A DNA stretch of 64,000 bases from Vicugna vicugna (taxonomy: Eukaryota). The translations under genes were made by a program, and so were the position numbers. Positions 46,263 through 58,587 of this stretch are shown in pieces. The notes beneath the pieces are model-generated. The model was not told where the DNA came from. It worked only from the letters and a program-made list of their open reading frames with translations, and ran no database searches. Each line of letters opens with the position of its first letter. The stretch's first letter is position 1. Where the stretch lies: positions 248,001 to 312,000 of the forward strand of contig MU058868.1 in assembly GCA_013265495.1 (NCBI GenBank), in the 5' to 3' direction.

Positions 46263-47935
46263 TGCCACCGGCACCCCCAACCCCAGCCTGAGGTCGGTGC
46301 GTGCGCGGGGCCAGCTTGAGTCTTTTCCTTGTGAGACGCCTGCGTGGCATGAGTCCGCAGGTTGTCATCTGCTTGCGCAGTCAAGAGTCTCATGGGAGCT
46401 TCACTTGTGTTGCCACATCCTTCTGTGCGCCCAGGTCTACTTTTCTGTCTCTGCCTCCGTCAAGCAAAGATGGGCTGCGGGCAGGGGGCAGCTGGGGACC
46501 AGCGGGGAGACCACAGCCTCAGCCCGAGGCGACCGTGGGTGTATGACATGGCCCGCATCCTGGACAGGTAGCAGCCCCTCCCCAGGCCCACTGTCCCCGC
46601 CCACGGAATGCCCCAGTGGTGCTGGGCTGCCTGCCAGCCCTCCCCACGCCACAGACTGGTCTCAGGCGCAGAGAAGCAGGAGACCATGCAGGACTGGATT
46701 CCCGGACTGTATTTGTCCCAGATATAAGTTATGGTCACCTTCAGGTAGTGGTAAGTTACACGTGAGGGAGGGCATCAGTGCGGAGCCCCCTCTGGGGACA
46801 CAGACTCACTTAAATTCGGAGGACCTGACCACCCACAGGGCCTGCAAAGCAAAAGCCAAGTCCACCCCCAGGGACACAGACGTGAGAGTCTCACACATCA
46901 CACGTGTTCCAGAGGAACCCAAGAAGGCTGCTCGTCACTTGCAGCCCTTACGATGCATGTCTGGGTGGTTTCAGCACAAGCTTGGGGGGCTGGGTGGGGC
47001 CACATCTGAGGTTGAGGCCAAACGTCCTGGTGATGCTGCCGCCTGAGGTGTGAAGGCTAGGAGGCCCGACTGCCAAGGGCGAGGGTACCAGACAGTCAGG
47101 AGAGGCGGGCCTTCTGGGGCGCGGGGCGCGCTAGGCAGCTTGTTACATTTTGATCAGGTTCCCCTGTGGGCTGAGCCAGCTGGACCTGGGTTCAGCAGCA
47201 GGGCTGTGGTGAGCGGCCCACCCAGCAGCCACAGCCATGTCCCATGGCACTGAGCCCCCCCCCATGGAGAAGCAATGAGCAGACATGGAACTGGCTTGGC
47301 GACTGGACAGATGGAAGGAAAGGCCCCACACTGAGCTCAGTGATTAAAGCCACTGCTCCCCACTTCACACACTCCTGACTCCCTCTGGGCTCCCGGCCAG
47401 GCCTGCTGCTCCCTGCTGGGCAGCACACCAGGTCTCCAGGGAGTAGCCAAGCACCTGCCTCCCCAGGTGCATCCCTGTCACTCCAGGGCCACCAACCCAG
47501 CTCAAGGCCAGGCCCAGCCAGGCCCTACCCAGGCCAGGAGAGGACACACCTCCCCCAAGACAGACAGCAGGCACCCTGCCCAGGTCCAGTGGTGAAGTGA
47601 GGCCAGGGGAAATAGTGCCTGAGGGGTCCTGGGTCCGTCCTGGGCACATCCAGGGCCCGTGAGCGTAGCCAGAGGGGTGGGAGGTGCAGTCCAGCACTGC
47701 CCCTCTCAAGGGGTTCAATGGAGGCACAGGAACACAAAGGGAGGAGTGCTTGCCCCCCAAGGACAGTGGCCCGGGCCCCAGGGGGTGAGAGGGGTGGCCA
47801 GTGGGAGCCCCATGCCCAACACCCACCCTGCAGCTTCCATGTGGCACAGGGATGGGGACAAGGAGACACCTGTGGTCAGAGCTGTGTTTGAGTCCCTCTA
47901 CCGCAGGCACTTCTGCAGGACTCCAGGGCCCGCCT

Positions 47936-48037
47936 CTACTTGGAGTCTCCCTCGGGGGCAGGCTCCCCATCCATTCGTGCATCCCTGGGGGGCCCAGCCT
48001 TCCTGGGCTTCTGCTTGGCCTTCCTGAGCATGTGGAC
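47936..48037 (-). CDS. DGKQ: DGKQ exon 23 coding part (102 nt)
   Basis: [33 protein letters not shown]. Confidence 0.94.
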   Translation of the reverse strand, partial: VHMLRKAKQKPRKAGPPRDARMDGEPAPEGDSK

Positions 48038-51000
48038 CTGTCCCAGGACAGACAGGGTCAGACGGCTGCCCAACACTGCAGGCGCCTGGCCTGGGGCTCC
48101 TGTAACAGCTGGTGCCACCTCAGCCCACTTCACGGGATGGGAAGGAGCAGGAGGCTGAAGCCTGCTGCCCTAGAGATGCCCTCCCCTCTGAGGCACCAGG
48201 GGGCTCATTTCCATGAGAAACAGGTGCCCCTTAGGGGCTGGCCAGCCTCTTCCGGGCCCTGTGACCTCCCTGGGCACCTGGCCAGGCCAGCCAGTACCAA
48301 GCCCACCCGACTGCTGGCTCTCCGGCCGCACCCAGCTCAACCCACACTTAACACACCTTGGGGCCTGCAGCTGCGATGATCATGTGCCCGGGAGCCTGGA
48401 CCCAGGGCTCGCCGTCCACCTGCACAGGTGTGGCCTTGAGGAGGGTGACACGGAAGTAGGACCCCTGGGCGATGCGGATACCAGAGCGCAGCCCACCCTG
48501 GACCTGACCCTGGGGGCCAAGAGGGCGAGCCTCACTCAGCGGGCCCTGACGGACACCTCGGCCCTGGTCCCCACGCCCCGGCCCCCACACTTACCATGTG
48601 CACAACGCCCGTCACCCCCACCACCTCCAGCAGCCCGTCATCCATGCGTGGCTTCTCGAACTTGGAGTCATTGTCAGAGCCCCACAGGTCGGCCCCCGAG
48701 CCCCAGCTGCACCAGGAGGGAGGGGCATACAGGTAAGAATGCCCGCTGGACAGAAGGCCGGAGGAGGACAGAGCCCAGGAGCACCCCCCCCGCCTCCCTG
48801 GCACCTGGGGATATTGATGAAGATGAGGCCCTCGATGTTGGGCAGCTCCACCTCCTGCTGCTCCACCTGCAGCCGGATCTCCCGGTGCAGCCCGCGGGCC
48901 TGGCTGAGCTTCTGCAGCCCCACCCGCACGTACACGCCCTTGTTGTGGAGCCTGTGGGGCAGGGCAGCCTGCATCACAAGGTGGGGTGCGACCCCCGCGG
49001 CAGCCCCCGGGTCCTAGCCCCTGTCCCTCTGTCACTGCCGGGGGCCCCAGGAAGTAACCGCTCCTGCCCCCGCGCCTCTAGCACCTGCTCGTGAACTTGC
49101 CAGGCTCTTCCTCCCGAGCCTGGTGGAAGTCCAAGCTCAGCTCTGCATCGATGCCAATCCCACAGTAGTTACTCATGTGTACGATCTGAGAACAGGAAAT
49201 CCTCCCGTGGCCCAGTCCACCCCCACCAGGTGCTCCCCACCCCCCCCAGGTGGGTCCTGCCTCCTCGTCTCAGAGCAAGTGCTTCTGCACCCAAGAGGGG
49301 GCAGTGTGGCACATGACCCAGCACGGCCAGTCCCCACCCTGTGCCTCAGCTTCAGGGGACAGCACTGGCACCGACACCAAGGTGTGGCTGGGACGAGGAC
49401 AAGGGCCTGGACAGATGTGGTAGTCGCCCACAGGGGCCCAACGGTGCCACACCCTGACCTGGGCACAGCAGTACCTTGGGCGGCTCTGCGTCCACCACAC
49501 TGCCCTCCCCTCCACCAGCCTCCTGAGCGTCCAGCAGGATGGTCCAGCGGTCCATGAGCACAGCGTCAGCCTCGTCCACCGACAGCAGCACAGAGAATGG
49601 ATCCTCTCCACTGTAGCCCGCCCCCCAGCGGAGGACCCGGCCCAGGTCATTCCCTGGGACACCGGCAAGAACCACACTGATTCTCCACAACCACCTGCCC
49701 ACCACCCCAGGCCCCGACTGAAACGGGGCAGAAGGGACAGGCCCCCGAGCCCCCCTCAACCCCCTGGGTGACCTCACCTGTGCCCAGGGGCAGGATGGCC
49801 ACGGCAGGCTCTGGGCAGGCCAGACGGTGCCGCACCTCCTCCAGGGTGGCGAGCACCCAGCCCACAGTGCCGTCCCCTCCACACACCAGCACCCGGAAGC
49901 AGGGTACCTGGGAGAACATGTGGAACCTGGCAGCAGGGAGACACGGTGTATCCTACCACCAGCCACATTCACAGCCACGCAACAGGAGGGCACAGGCAAT
50001 CACCCCTGGGGCAGAAGCGGGTCGCAGCTCCTCCCACGTCCACGACGGCCCTTGAGGATTCTGCCCGTGAGCCATGCGAGCACTCTTGCTCCTGCAGCAG
50101 TGGGGCCCCACAGGACTCACCCAGGCAGAGGCCCCCCGTTGGTCAGCTCGAAGACCTGGTGCGGGTTCAGCAGCTTCCGGAAACTGCAGAGCAGATCGCG
50201 GCCCTTGAGGCCTCCGCTTTTGGGGTTCACAAACACAAGGAGGGGGCAGCAGTCTGGGGGCAGCTTCGTGTGCTGATAGACAGGAGCTGCGTTAGGGCGG
50301 GCTCCCATGGCTGCCACCCAGAGGCAGAGCTGCCTGGGCAGCGGCGGCCCTGGCCCTGAGCCCACCTGGCCAGAGCCCCCTCCTGACAGAGGCACACACA
50401 AGCCCCACCTAGCCAGTGGCCACTCGGGTCGCCTCCCACAGCAGAGGGGGCACGCACAGTCCACTGGCTGATGGGGCAGGGTGGTGCTGGCCAGCCGGGA
50501 GCTCCAAGCACACAGGCCATGCCGCACCCGCCACGAGGTGAGTCGTCAGACCACACTTGCTGCCTGATGCTTGCGGCCTGCAAGCCCAGGCTGGAAGCCT
50601 ACGCAGGACGCCACCTGCCCCCTCGGAGCCACCTGGCTCCCAGGGCCCCGAGCCACTCACACCGCAGTCAGGAGGGGGCCTCTCGGCCTTGGGACAAAGC
50701 TCATCCCCCACACACAGCCACAGAAACAGTGTCCAAGAGAGGTGGCAAGGGAGCTGGGGACCCTACGACAAGGGATGCTGGGTGACAGGAGACAGACAGG
50801 CGCAGACATGGTGGGCAGTGGCGGCTCACGGGCTCAGCCGTGGCTCAAGGCCTAGGTAGGACACACTTGGGGTGACGTGTGACCTACTGGGCAGAGCTGC
50901 CTACAGTCACCACTTACCCGCTCACCCCAGGGCAGGCAGCTGCCAGGAGAGAGAAAGCACATGTTGGCATCACCCGCCCGGGTCTGCCCACAGGGGCCCT

Positions 51001-54000
51001 GATCTGCAGTGCCTGCATCCTTGTCTGGACAGTGGGAGAGCCACTGGTCCTGACCCTGCTCGGGGTGGGGCAGGGCAACTGAGACCTGAGGATGTTGCCC
51101 ACTCAGCCACAGACCCTAAACTCAGCCCGCTCTAATTCTGCTCAGCCTGAACTAGGGTCACGGGTCATGGACACCTGGGTGGGGGTTCCTCGGGGGCCAG
51201 CAAGGCTGAGGGCCAAGGCACATACCCAGCACAGGGCGGGGTCCAGGGCACTGCTGGGTCTTTAGGACAGCCTCCAAAGTCTGGCCAGAGGAGGCCCAGG
51301 GTGTGAGCAGGGGTCCAGAGGCCTCCTGGGCAGGGAGGGTGGGGCCAGGGCCAGTGACTCAAGCGAGACCAAGGGCCATGCACAGTCACAAATACAGGCC
51401 AGCCCTCAGGAGGCAACCACTGCAGGGCCACTCAACGGGTGTGCACGCCTCACCACTGGGCCTTGGGCCCTCCCTTGGTGTGGATCAGCCAGGCATAGCC
51501 AACTCGGACTTTGCTCCAACTGCTCCAAGTATTAGACAAATCAGCCATAGAGGCCACGCCCCCCAGGCCCCTACCCGGTGCTACTCACCAGCACATCCGG
51601 GAGCACCAGGGCAGTCAGCGGCCGGCTGTGAACAGCCGTGTCCCTGACCAGCATATACAGCCGCTCGGCCTCGGCGAAGCAGGCCACGTCCAGCACCACG
51701 GCACCTGTGGCAGGTCAGCCATGAGCTCAGGTGTCTGTCCTGGAGCTCCAGCCCCTGTGGTACCTGGGCCAGGGGCCTTGCCTCGCCTCCTCCAGCGGGC
51801 CAATGGCCTCATCTCTGGCCACGGCCTGCTTCCAGCCAGCCCATCACAAGATGCCCCATGGTGCGTGACTCTCTCCCCTGGGGGGAGGCTTCAAGGACAG
51901 CTGGGCTCAGAGACAGGGCGTGCTGAGGGGTACAAGCAAGGCTCCCAGGAGGCAAGGGGAGCAGACATGCACCTGAGTCTCCCGGCCGCGCCGAGCCTCC
52001 CAGGACCCAAGAGAGGCACGGAGGGCATGGGTCACTGCTATGGACCCACAGAGGGGACGCAAGGCTCATGGTACTTCTCTGCCACTTCTCGGGTGATGTG
52101 ACGTTTTCCGTGGTAAAAGGTGTGCACCCACAGACGGGTCACGGGGGACACGTCCTCTGCACCTCAGTCACGCTTTTAGGCAAGAGCGTTACAGCCACGA
52201 GCCAGGAAATTAAACACAAACGTTTCCTGGGCCCACGGGTCACCAGCGGGACAAAGCAAGAGAGCAGGGCTCACATCTAGCCCATGAATACCCTCTGAGC
52301 AAACCTGATCTCAGCCTGTGGGGCATCTCACCTTGAGAGGAGTAGATGTGGCTCATGGACACCAGGCCAGCTGCAAAGATGGATTGTGGTCAGGAAGTGC
52401 AGCACCTGCCCCAGGCCCTGCCTCCCAGGGCTGCCCATCCCAGACAGCACCCCCCACTCCAGGCCCAGGGCCCCCCCCCAGGGCCCAGGGCAGGCATCTC
52501 AGAAACCCCTCAGAGGAGGTGACGGGGTCTGGGCCCCAGAGGTGAGGACAGAGACCCTCTCGGCCAGAAACCAGCTCAGCAAAGGCTCCAACAGTGACTG
52601 GGAGTAGCAGGGGAGCAGGAGGACCCAGCCTTGCACAGCAGCCCACAGGCCTGCTCTCAGGACACCCGCCCTGACCCACTGTGACCAAGAGCCTCAGACC
52701 AGCCCAGGCAGCCACACCTTTCAGGGACATAGCCTCGTCCAGAAGACTGCTGTACTCCTGGGGAGACAGGCCAGGAGGCAGACCTCCCACGAACAGAGAG
52801 ACACGTGGGGCCACTGCTCTTCTCTCAGCCACATAGAACCGCGTCTGGCTCATCTGCCGTAGGGACGTCTGTGGGCAGGGGAGGGACACTGAGCAGAGCA
52901 CAGGGGACGAGCCCCACCACCCTCCCTGTCCACAAAGGGGGCCGAAGGGAAGATTCCCCAGGCTAAGCTCCCCTTGAATGGAAGAAGCAGGACACACAGG
53001 CTTCCTCCCTTGGGGAACTCAGGGGGAGGGGAAGCACTGCTGGCCAAGGTTAGCTGCAGGCCAGGGTGGATATGGCATCCTAAGGGCAGACTCCCTCTCT
53101 GTGAGGCAGAGGCCCTGGCCTGGGGCCAGTGTCCACACCCACTGACCTGCCGGATAGCTTGAAGCCGGCCAAGCAAGAGCTCCTCGTCCGCCAGCACCAT
53201 CCGCTGGACTGCAGGGTTGAGAGACGCCGCCCATCAGCACCTAAACCCCAGCCACCTCTGCAAACAGCTGCCCGGCGACCCCAGGGCACTGGGGCAGAAC
53301 TGGCCTGGGCATCAGCTGCAGGCTGCCTACTCACCTTGCCTGCTGCCCATGAGCACCTCCAGCAGCTGGAAGCCCTCCGGACCCTCGTCCTGTAGGGATG
53401 GACTTTGGAGTATCAGACCTGGATCCCCCCCACCCCACCAGGACCCACACGGGGCAACCACCCTGGGGTGTCTGGGACCAGGGCAGCCCGAGTACACACC
53501 TGGCGTCCAAGTAGTGGGAGGACCTCCAGCACCACAGTCTGGGCCGTGCTCTGCGGGGTCACACGAAGGGACACGTAGGCCACACCGACCCTGCAGGGGA
53601 CGAGTTCAGGAGCTCTGGTGGCATGGCCCCCACCCTCTCCTGCCAGCACCACTGCCCCAGGCCTGGGCCTCACTTGAGCCAGGCAGGGTAGATCTTCAGG
53701 ACCTCCTGGGTGCGGGGTAGAGCACGAATGACCCAGGCCTCGGGAACGTCTCGGGACCCTGGGCCTCTACTGCCCTCGTCCTCGGCAGTCCCACCGCTCC
53801 AGACCTTCCCCAGGGCCTCGGTGTCAGCGTCACCAGCCTGTGTGGGTGGGGGGAGCGCCTGCAGCTGGAAGGCCTGGGGGTCCTCCATGATGTAGTAGGC
53901 CCGCAGCGCCGCCTCCTGCAGTGGGGGCCGGTGTGACAGGAGCCAGGCCGTGCCGGGCGCCCTGCAGCTCCCCCCAGGAGTGGGCCTGCAAGGCAGCTCC

Positions 54001-57000
54001 TTCTCACCAGCACCTCCTGGCTCCTGGCCAGGCGGGGGACGCTGATGACACGGAAGTGGTTTCTCTGCACTGTGTCGTTGCCATCGAAGATCTTCAGAGT
54101 TTGCTTGCCTGGGCCACAGGGAAGTGGGTGCAAGTACATGGGGTCGGGGATGGAAGAGGAAATGGGGGACAATATGGGGGCAGAATAAGGGATGAGCGAA
54201 CAGGAGATGGGATGGGGGACTGGGCAGCAGCTAAAAAGGCCACTTACTGGACTCAGGCGCCGCCACCTCTTTACCAGGGCCAGCAGGGGCGCTTCCGTCC
54301 ACACCATCGTCCCCATCACCTGTGGGAGGTCTCAGCTGGCCTCAATCAAGGCCTGCCCCCCCAGCCCAGTGCCAGTCCTTGCCGCCCGTCGCTCACCTGG
54401 CTCCGGGGCCGCGCTCTCGGAGATACGAAAGCAGTGCATCTTGCTGAAGTTGCGGGACAGCAAGCGCACGCACGCTGGGGGCAGGACCATGGTGCGCAGG
54501 CGCCCGAAAGTGCACTCGGGGGTGAGCGCCGCGGAGCAGACCGAATGGGCCTGGGTGGGGGTTGGGGTCAAACTTGAGCTGGGGCCCTCAGTGACTCCCC
54601 AGAGGTCCACACTGAGTGCCCCTGGTGGGGGGTTGGGCGCCACCCGCCAACCAGAAGAAGCCCTGATTCTCCCCTGTACATCCGAACCCCTATTCCCCAA
54701 AGTCAGAAAAGAGCGCGATGCAAACAAGCTCGGCGAGAAGGGGCGCCCCCACAACCCCTACCCTGCTTTGCCACTGGGCGGTGCAGCCCGCCCTCACAGG
54801 CCCCGCCCCGGCCCCGCCCACCTGGACACCGCACCACTCGCAGCGTACACCGGCCAGCACGTCGGAAGAGCTGCACGTCTTCCGGCAGACCTCGCAGCGC
54901 GCGCCCGAGGACAGGTTCCCCTCCCGCCAGTGGTGGTGGTGTGTGTCCTGCGGAGAGGGCTGTCAGCGGGCTTGGCAGGGCCCCGGTCCCCCAGTGGCCC
55001 TCCGACCAGGCTCAGGCGTCCCTGGCCCTGCGCACTCACGTGGTCCCGGTGCCCGTCCAGGTGGCACTGGCGGCAGTCGCTGCAGGCGAAGGGCACACAG
55101 TCGGGGTGAACGTGCAGCTCACACACTGGGGGGCGGGCAGGGTTAGGGGCCTCTCACCGCTCCCCAACGACCCTGCCTGCCTGCTTCCCGCCAGCCTCTC
55201 AGCTCTGGCCGGGTCCGCCCCTGGCCCTGGCCGCACTTCCTTTAACCTTCCTGGGCCCAACGTGTGCAGCAGGAGCAGTCCCCCATCCCTCAGCGGGATG
55301 GAAGCCAGCTTCTCCCCATCCAGCCCACCTCAGCAAGTAGCCGGCGCCCGTGCGCCCCCTGTGCCTCTGTGCCCCCTGCGGCCCCGGCACCTGCCTCCGT
55401 GCACTGGCAAGTCTAGAATCAGCAAACACTGCCGCCCCGCCCCTCCCCAAACCAGAGCAGCTGCCTGATCGCAGGGAGGGCTGGGCCACCCTGGGCAGGT
55501 CCCTGTGAGGGCGTGGGGCTCAGACCCCAAGGATGCGAAGCAGGCTCGAGGCAGATACCTTCGCAGCGAAGCGCGGGCGCCTCCAGGCCCTTTCGGCAGA
55601 CGGCACAGAACTTGCGCTTGTAGTGACCCCGGGGGCCAAAGCAGTGGGCCACAGGGACCTGGAAGGGGCAGAGCTCTGCCTTAGCCTGGGGCCTACAGCC
55701 GGGCGCCACACCCCCGATCCTGTCCCCCAAGCCCCGCTTCTTCTCTGTCCCAGGGAGCTCCCATCACCATCTGCCTGACCACTATATGCCCCTGAATCTT
55801 CCTGAGCACTATTAACACGGTGCTGTGTGTGCCTCTCGCCTCTGCAGGCTCCCAAGGAGTCCTGCTGGGGACTGCCCAGCATGCCCATGCCCCATTCTGT
55901 GCAGGACGAATTCAGGGTGGCCCCAGGCTGTGATCTCTGACAGCCCCCTCTGCAGCTCAGACCCCAGCTGGTCCTGCCCAGGCCTGATCCAGCTGTGCGG
56001 GCCCTGACCACTCCCCCAAGCCTGTTGCCTTCCATGATGCATTTTGGCCCCCTGGATTAAAACACAGGTGAAGGGAGGCCCAATGACAGGCAGGAGAGGC
56101 AGTACTGGGTACCTGGGACCCCGGAGAACCACAGGGCCAGGGTCAGAACCACCAGGAAGTGAGGCCCAGCCTCTGCCCAGGGAGGGGCCCACGTGCAGGG
56201 ATGCAGTCTGTGGCTCAGAAGCCCAGACCAGCACAAGGGGACACTCCCACCCCAGCCCCTCAGGGCTTGTGCCACTGCCCACCCCATCCAACCCACCAGC
56301 CTGACTCCCAGCCCAGCCTCTGCCACAAAAGCTGGCCTCCCCAGACCCTCCACATCCTCCCCTGGCAAGTGCAGTAGCCCATGCTCCATACGCACGTGGA
56401 CCAGGCTCGGGGCCACGCTCGTGCAGGGGGTCTTCACGTGCTTCACGCACTTCTCATGGGACATGAAGTTGCAGACTGTAGGAAAGAGAGCCTGTGAGTT
56501 GGCCCCCATCCTGCACAGGAATCAAGAGACCCCAGGGCATCTTGGGAGGGAGGCCGCAGCCAGTGGCACTGATGGGCTGCAGCCTTCTGTGAGGGGCAGA
56601 GAGCCCATTGCAGTAGGCTTGCTCTCCCAGACCTGACGGGGGCAGTTTCGCAGTGGTGAGCCACCGCCGTGCCCCAGCCCCGTCCCACTGCAGGAATAAT
56701 GGGCAGAGTGATTCCCACCCTCCTAACCCTCACCCTGGTCCTAGGAGCAGAGGGAGGGCCCAGCGACAGCCTGATTCCCTGCCCCACCTCTGAGAGCCCA
56801 GAGCAGAAGCACGGCCCTGGGTGCCTCAGACTATCCTGGATGATGGCGTATTCTGGTGTCCTGGGAGCGGCCCCTGCCCACCCCCACCCCCACATGCAGT
56901 CTTTGCTGAGGGTGGGCGGGCAGGTGGGCACCTGGCCAGCTCCTGCATCTCCACCTACCCCCCCAGACCGGCTTCGCCAGGGCCAGGGACACTCTTCCCT

Positions 57001-58587
57001 GACTCTATACGTCTTCATACACCCCTAATTACCCCTCCCATGCATAACGCGCCTGCTCGGACTAGAGCCAGCCTGTGATAGACCAGGACCACCCCTCACC
57101 ACCTGAGGCAGGCAAGGTGGCTGGCCCAGTGAGGGTCGCACCTGCCCTGCCCAGAGGGGTGGAGGCCCGGAAGCTCCAAAGGCAGAGAGCTATGCTCACA
57201 AGGCCTGCGGGGCAGCGAGGGGGCACCGTACCCATCCTGGGGAGGCACAGAGCAGGTCAGCTCCCTTCCAGGCACCAGACTGGCTCTGCATGGAAGGCAG
57301 CAGCTGCAGGCGGCGCCCAGCCCCCCCTCTGGCCCACAGAGATAGCCCCTGCTCCCTCCTCCACATCCTGGGTGCTCCCCGACGGGAAGGGACTCTTCCT
57401 CCCACACCCTTGTCAGGCCCCTTTGCTCCCCAAGGTCACCAGCTGCCACATCACCCCCACTTCCCTTCCATGAACTTCTTCCCCCCTCTGCCCTTGAAGC
57501 CCACCTTCAGGAAGTCATACCCCTGAGGGGACCCTGCCTTCTCCTGCCACTTCCCCTGGGGGAGGACATCATGCGTGAGGGGCACAGCCTCCTGTACCCA
57601 GATCCAGCCAAGCATCCTCTGCAGACCCTGGCCTGAGTGGCCCCTAGCCCCCAGAGCCAAAGGCCTGTCTCCCTGAGCAGGGCAGGCACAAGCCCGGTCC
57701 CCTGTGGAGGGGAGCAGGACTGGAAGCATGTGCGTCAGCTGCCTGGGAGCCAGAGGAGGGAGGGCCTCCTCGCCCAGCCAGGCTGGCTTGGTGGCTGGGT
57801 GGAAGCCCTGTCGGGACATGTCACACTCACGGCGGCAGGCCCCGGCCCAGCTCTCTGGGAGTCTGAGCCTGGGCAGCACCAGCACTCGGCCACTATGGGC
57901 AGCAGCAGGCACCCAGGGGAGACTGACCAGCACCAGGCCCCAGGAGTCAGTGGTCCAGGCCAACTCTACCTGGCCTGCTCAGGGCTGGCTGGCTTCACCC
58001 CTCTCCAGTCACTGCACCTGCACGGTGCAGCTGCGATGTCCTTCCCCCATCGGATCCCAACCCAGGTGAGGAAGCCCAGGGAACCGTTCTTTCCACCTTC
58101 CTCGGGGAGGAGCCAAGGCCACTTGACGCCTTCAGACCCCAGAGGAGCGGGTCCTCATCACTCCCCCGGGAAGGTCTGGGCCTGGCACACTCCCGCCCAG
58201 AGGGGCAAGGAGCTCTGTCCTGGGGAGGCCATTGCTGGCAGTGCAGAGGTCAGAGGTGAGATGCCCGTTCTGGGCCAGGGGCTGGGGTCTACAATGGGGT
58301 CGCGGGCGCTCACCATCACACAGGATGCCGGCCAGCCCCCAGATGAAGTCGGAGCAGAGGTGGCAGAAGGTGGGCTTGGTGAGCGTCACTTTCCTGAAGC
58401 TGTGGCCGGGCGCGGAGGGGCCGGGTGGCCTGGCGCCTGGCCTCTCTATCCCTGACCCTGGCCCGGACCCCGGCCCCAGTCGCGAGCGGCTTCCGGCGCC
58501 CAGCTCCGGGCTGGAGGTTGGGCTGCCCGGGCGCGGGGAGCCACCGCTAAGCCAGGCGCGGGCCCCGGACTCAGCTGCCGCCGCCAT
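47936..58587 (-). CDS. DGKQ: Diacylglycerol kinase theta, complete CDS, 23 exons, 947 aa
   Basis: 2844 nt open frame across 23 GT-AG exons. Starts [13 protein letters not shown]. Three C1 domains, RA domain, catalytic GGDGT and LPLGTGNDL motifs, accessory-domain VDGEPW. Stop TAG at 47936-47938. Confidence 0.98.
48357..48509 (-). CDS. DGKQ: DGKQ exon 22 (153 nt)
   Basis: [51 protein letters not shown]. Confidence 0.96.
48595..48706 (-). CDS. DGKQ: DGKQ exon 21 (112 nt)
   Basis: [37 protein letters not shown]. Confidence 0.96.
48805..48951 (-). CDS. DGKQ: DGKQ exon 20 (147 nt)
   Basis: [48 protein letters not shown]. Confidence 0.96.
49085..49185 (-). CDS. DGKQ: DGKQ exon 19 (101 nt)
   Basis: [33 protein letters not shown]. 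Confidence 0.96.
49475..49653 (-). CDS. DGKQ: DGKQ exon 18 (179 nt)
   Basis: [59 protein letters not shown]. Confidence 0.96.
49778..49926 (-). CDS. DGKQ: DGKQ exon 17 (149 nt)
   Basis: [49 protein letters not shown]. Confidence 0.96.
50121..50272 (-). CDS. DGKQ: DGKQ exon 16 (152 nt)
   Basis: [50 protein letters not shown]. Confidence 0.96.
51589..51704 (-). CDS. DGKQ: DGKQ exon 15 (116 nt)
   Basis: [38 protein letters not shown]. Confidence 0.95.
52332..52370 (-). CDS. DGKQ: DGKQ exon 14 (39 nt)
   Basis: [12 protein letters not shown]; ttgcag / GTGAG. Confidence 0.92.
52718..52868 (-). CDS. DGKQ: DGKQ exon 13 (151 nt)
   Basis: [50 protein letters not shown]. Confidence 0.95.
53147..53208 (-). 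CDS. DGKQ: DGKQ exon 12 (62 nt)
   Basis: [20 protein letters not shown]. Confidence 0.93.
53335..53389 (-). CDS. DGKQ: DGKQ exon 11 (55 nt)
   Basis: [18 protein letters not shown]. Confidence 0.93.
53500..53590 (-). CDS. DGKQ: DGKQ exon 10 (91 nt)
   Basis: [30 protein letters not shown]. Confidence 0.95.
53674..53915 (-). CDS. DGKQ: DGKQ exon 9 (242 nt)
   Basis: [24 protein letters not shown]...[23 protein letters not shown]. Confidence 0.93.
54008..54108 (-). CDS. DGKQ: DGKQ exon 8 (101 nt)
   Basis: [33 protein letters not shown]. Confidence 0.94.
54248..54319 (-). CDS. DGKQ: DGKQ exon 7 (72 nt)
   Basis: [23 protein letters not shown]; ccacag / GTAAG; phase 1-1. Confidence 0.9.
54397..54550 (-). 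CDS. DGKQ: DGKQ exon 6 (154 nt)
   Basis: [51 protein letters not shown]. Confidence 0.94.
54822..54947 (-). CDS. DGKQ: DGKQ exon 5 (126 nt)
   Basis: [42 protein letters not shown]. Confidence 0.96.
55040..55125 (-). CDS. DGKQ: DGKQ exon 4 (86 nt)
   Basis: [28 protein letters not shown]. Confidence 0.96.
55559..55658 (-). CDS. DGKQ: DGKQ exon 3 (100 nt)
   Basis: [33 protein letters not shown]. Confidence 0.96.
56396..56475 (-). CDS. DGKQ: DGKQ exon 2 (80 nt)
   Basis: [26 protein letters not shown]. Confidence 0.96.

Noticed and set aside
55126-55558. DGKQ intron 3 as a U12-type intron (donor GTATCT, branch-like CCCTAAC)
   Set aside because: The donor is GTATCTGC rather than GTATCCTT, and AAG|GT with CTAAC is a good U2 configuration.
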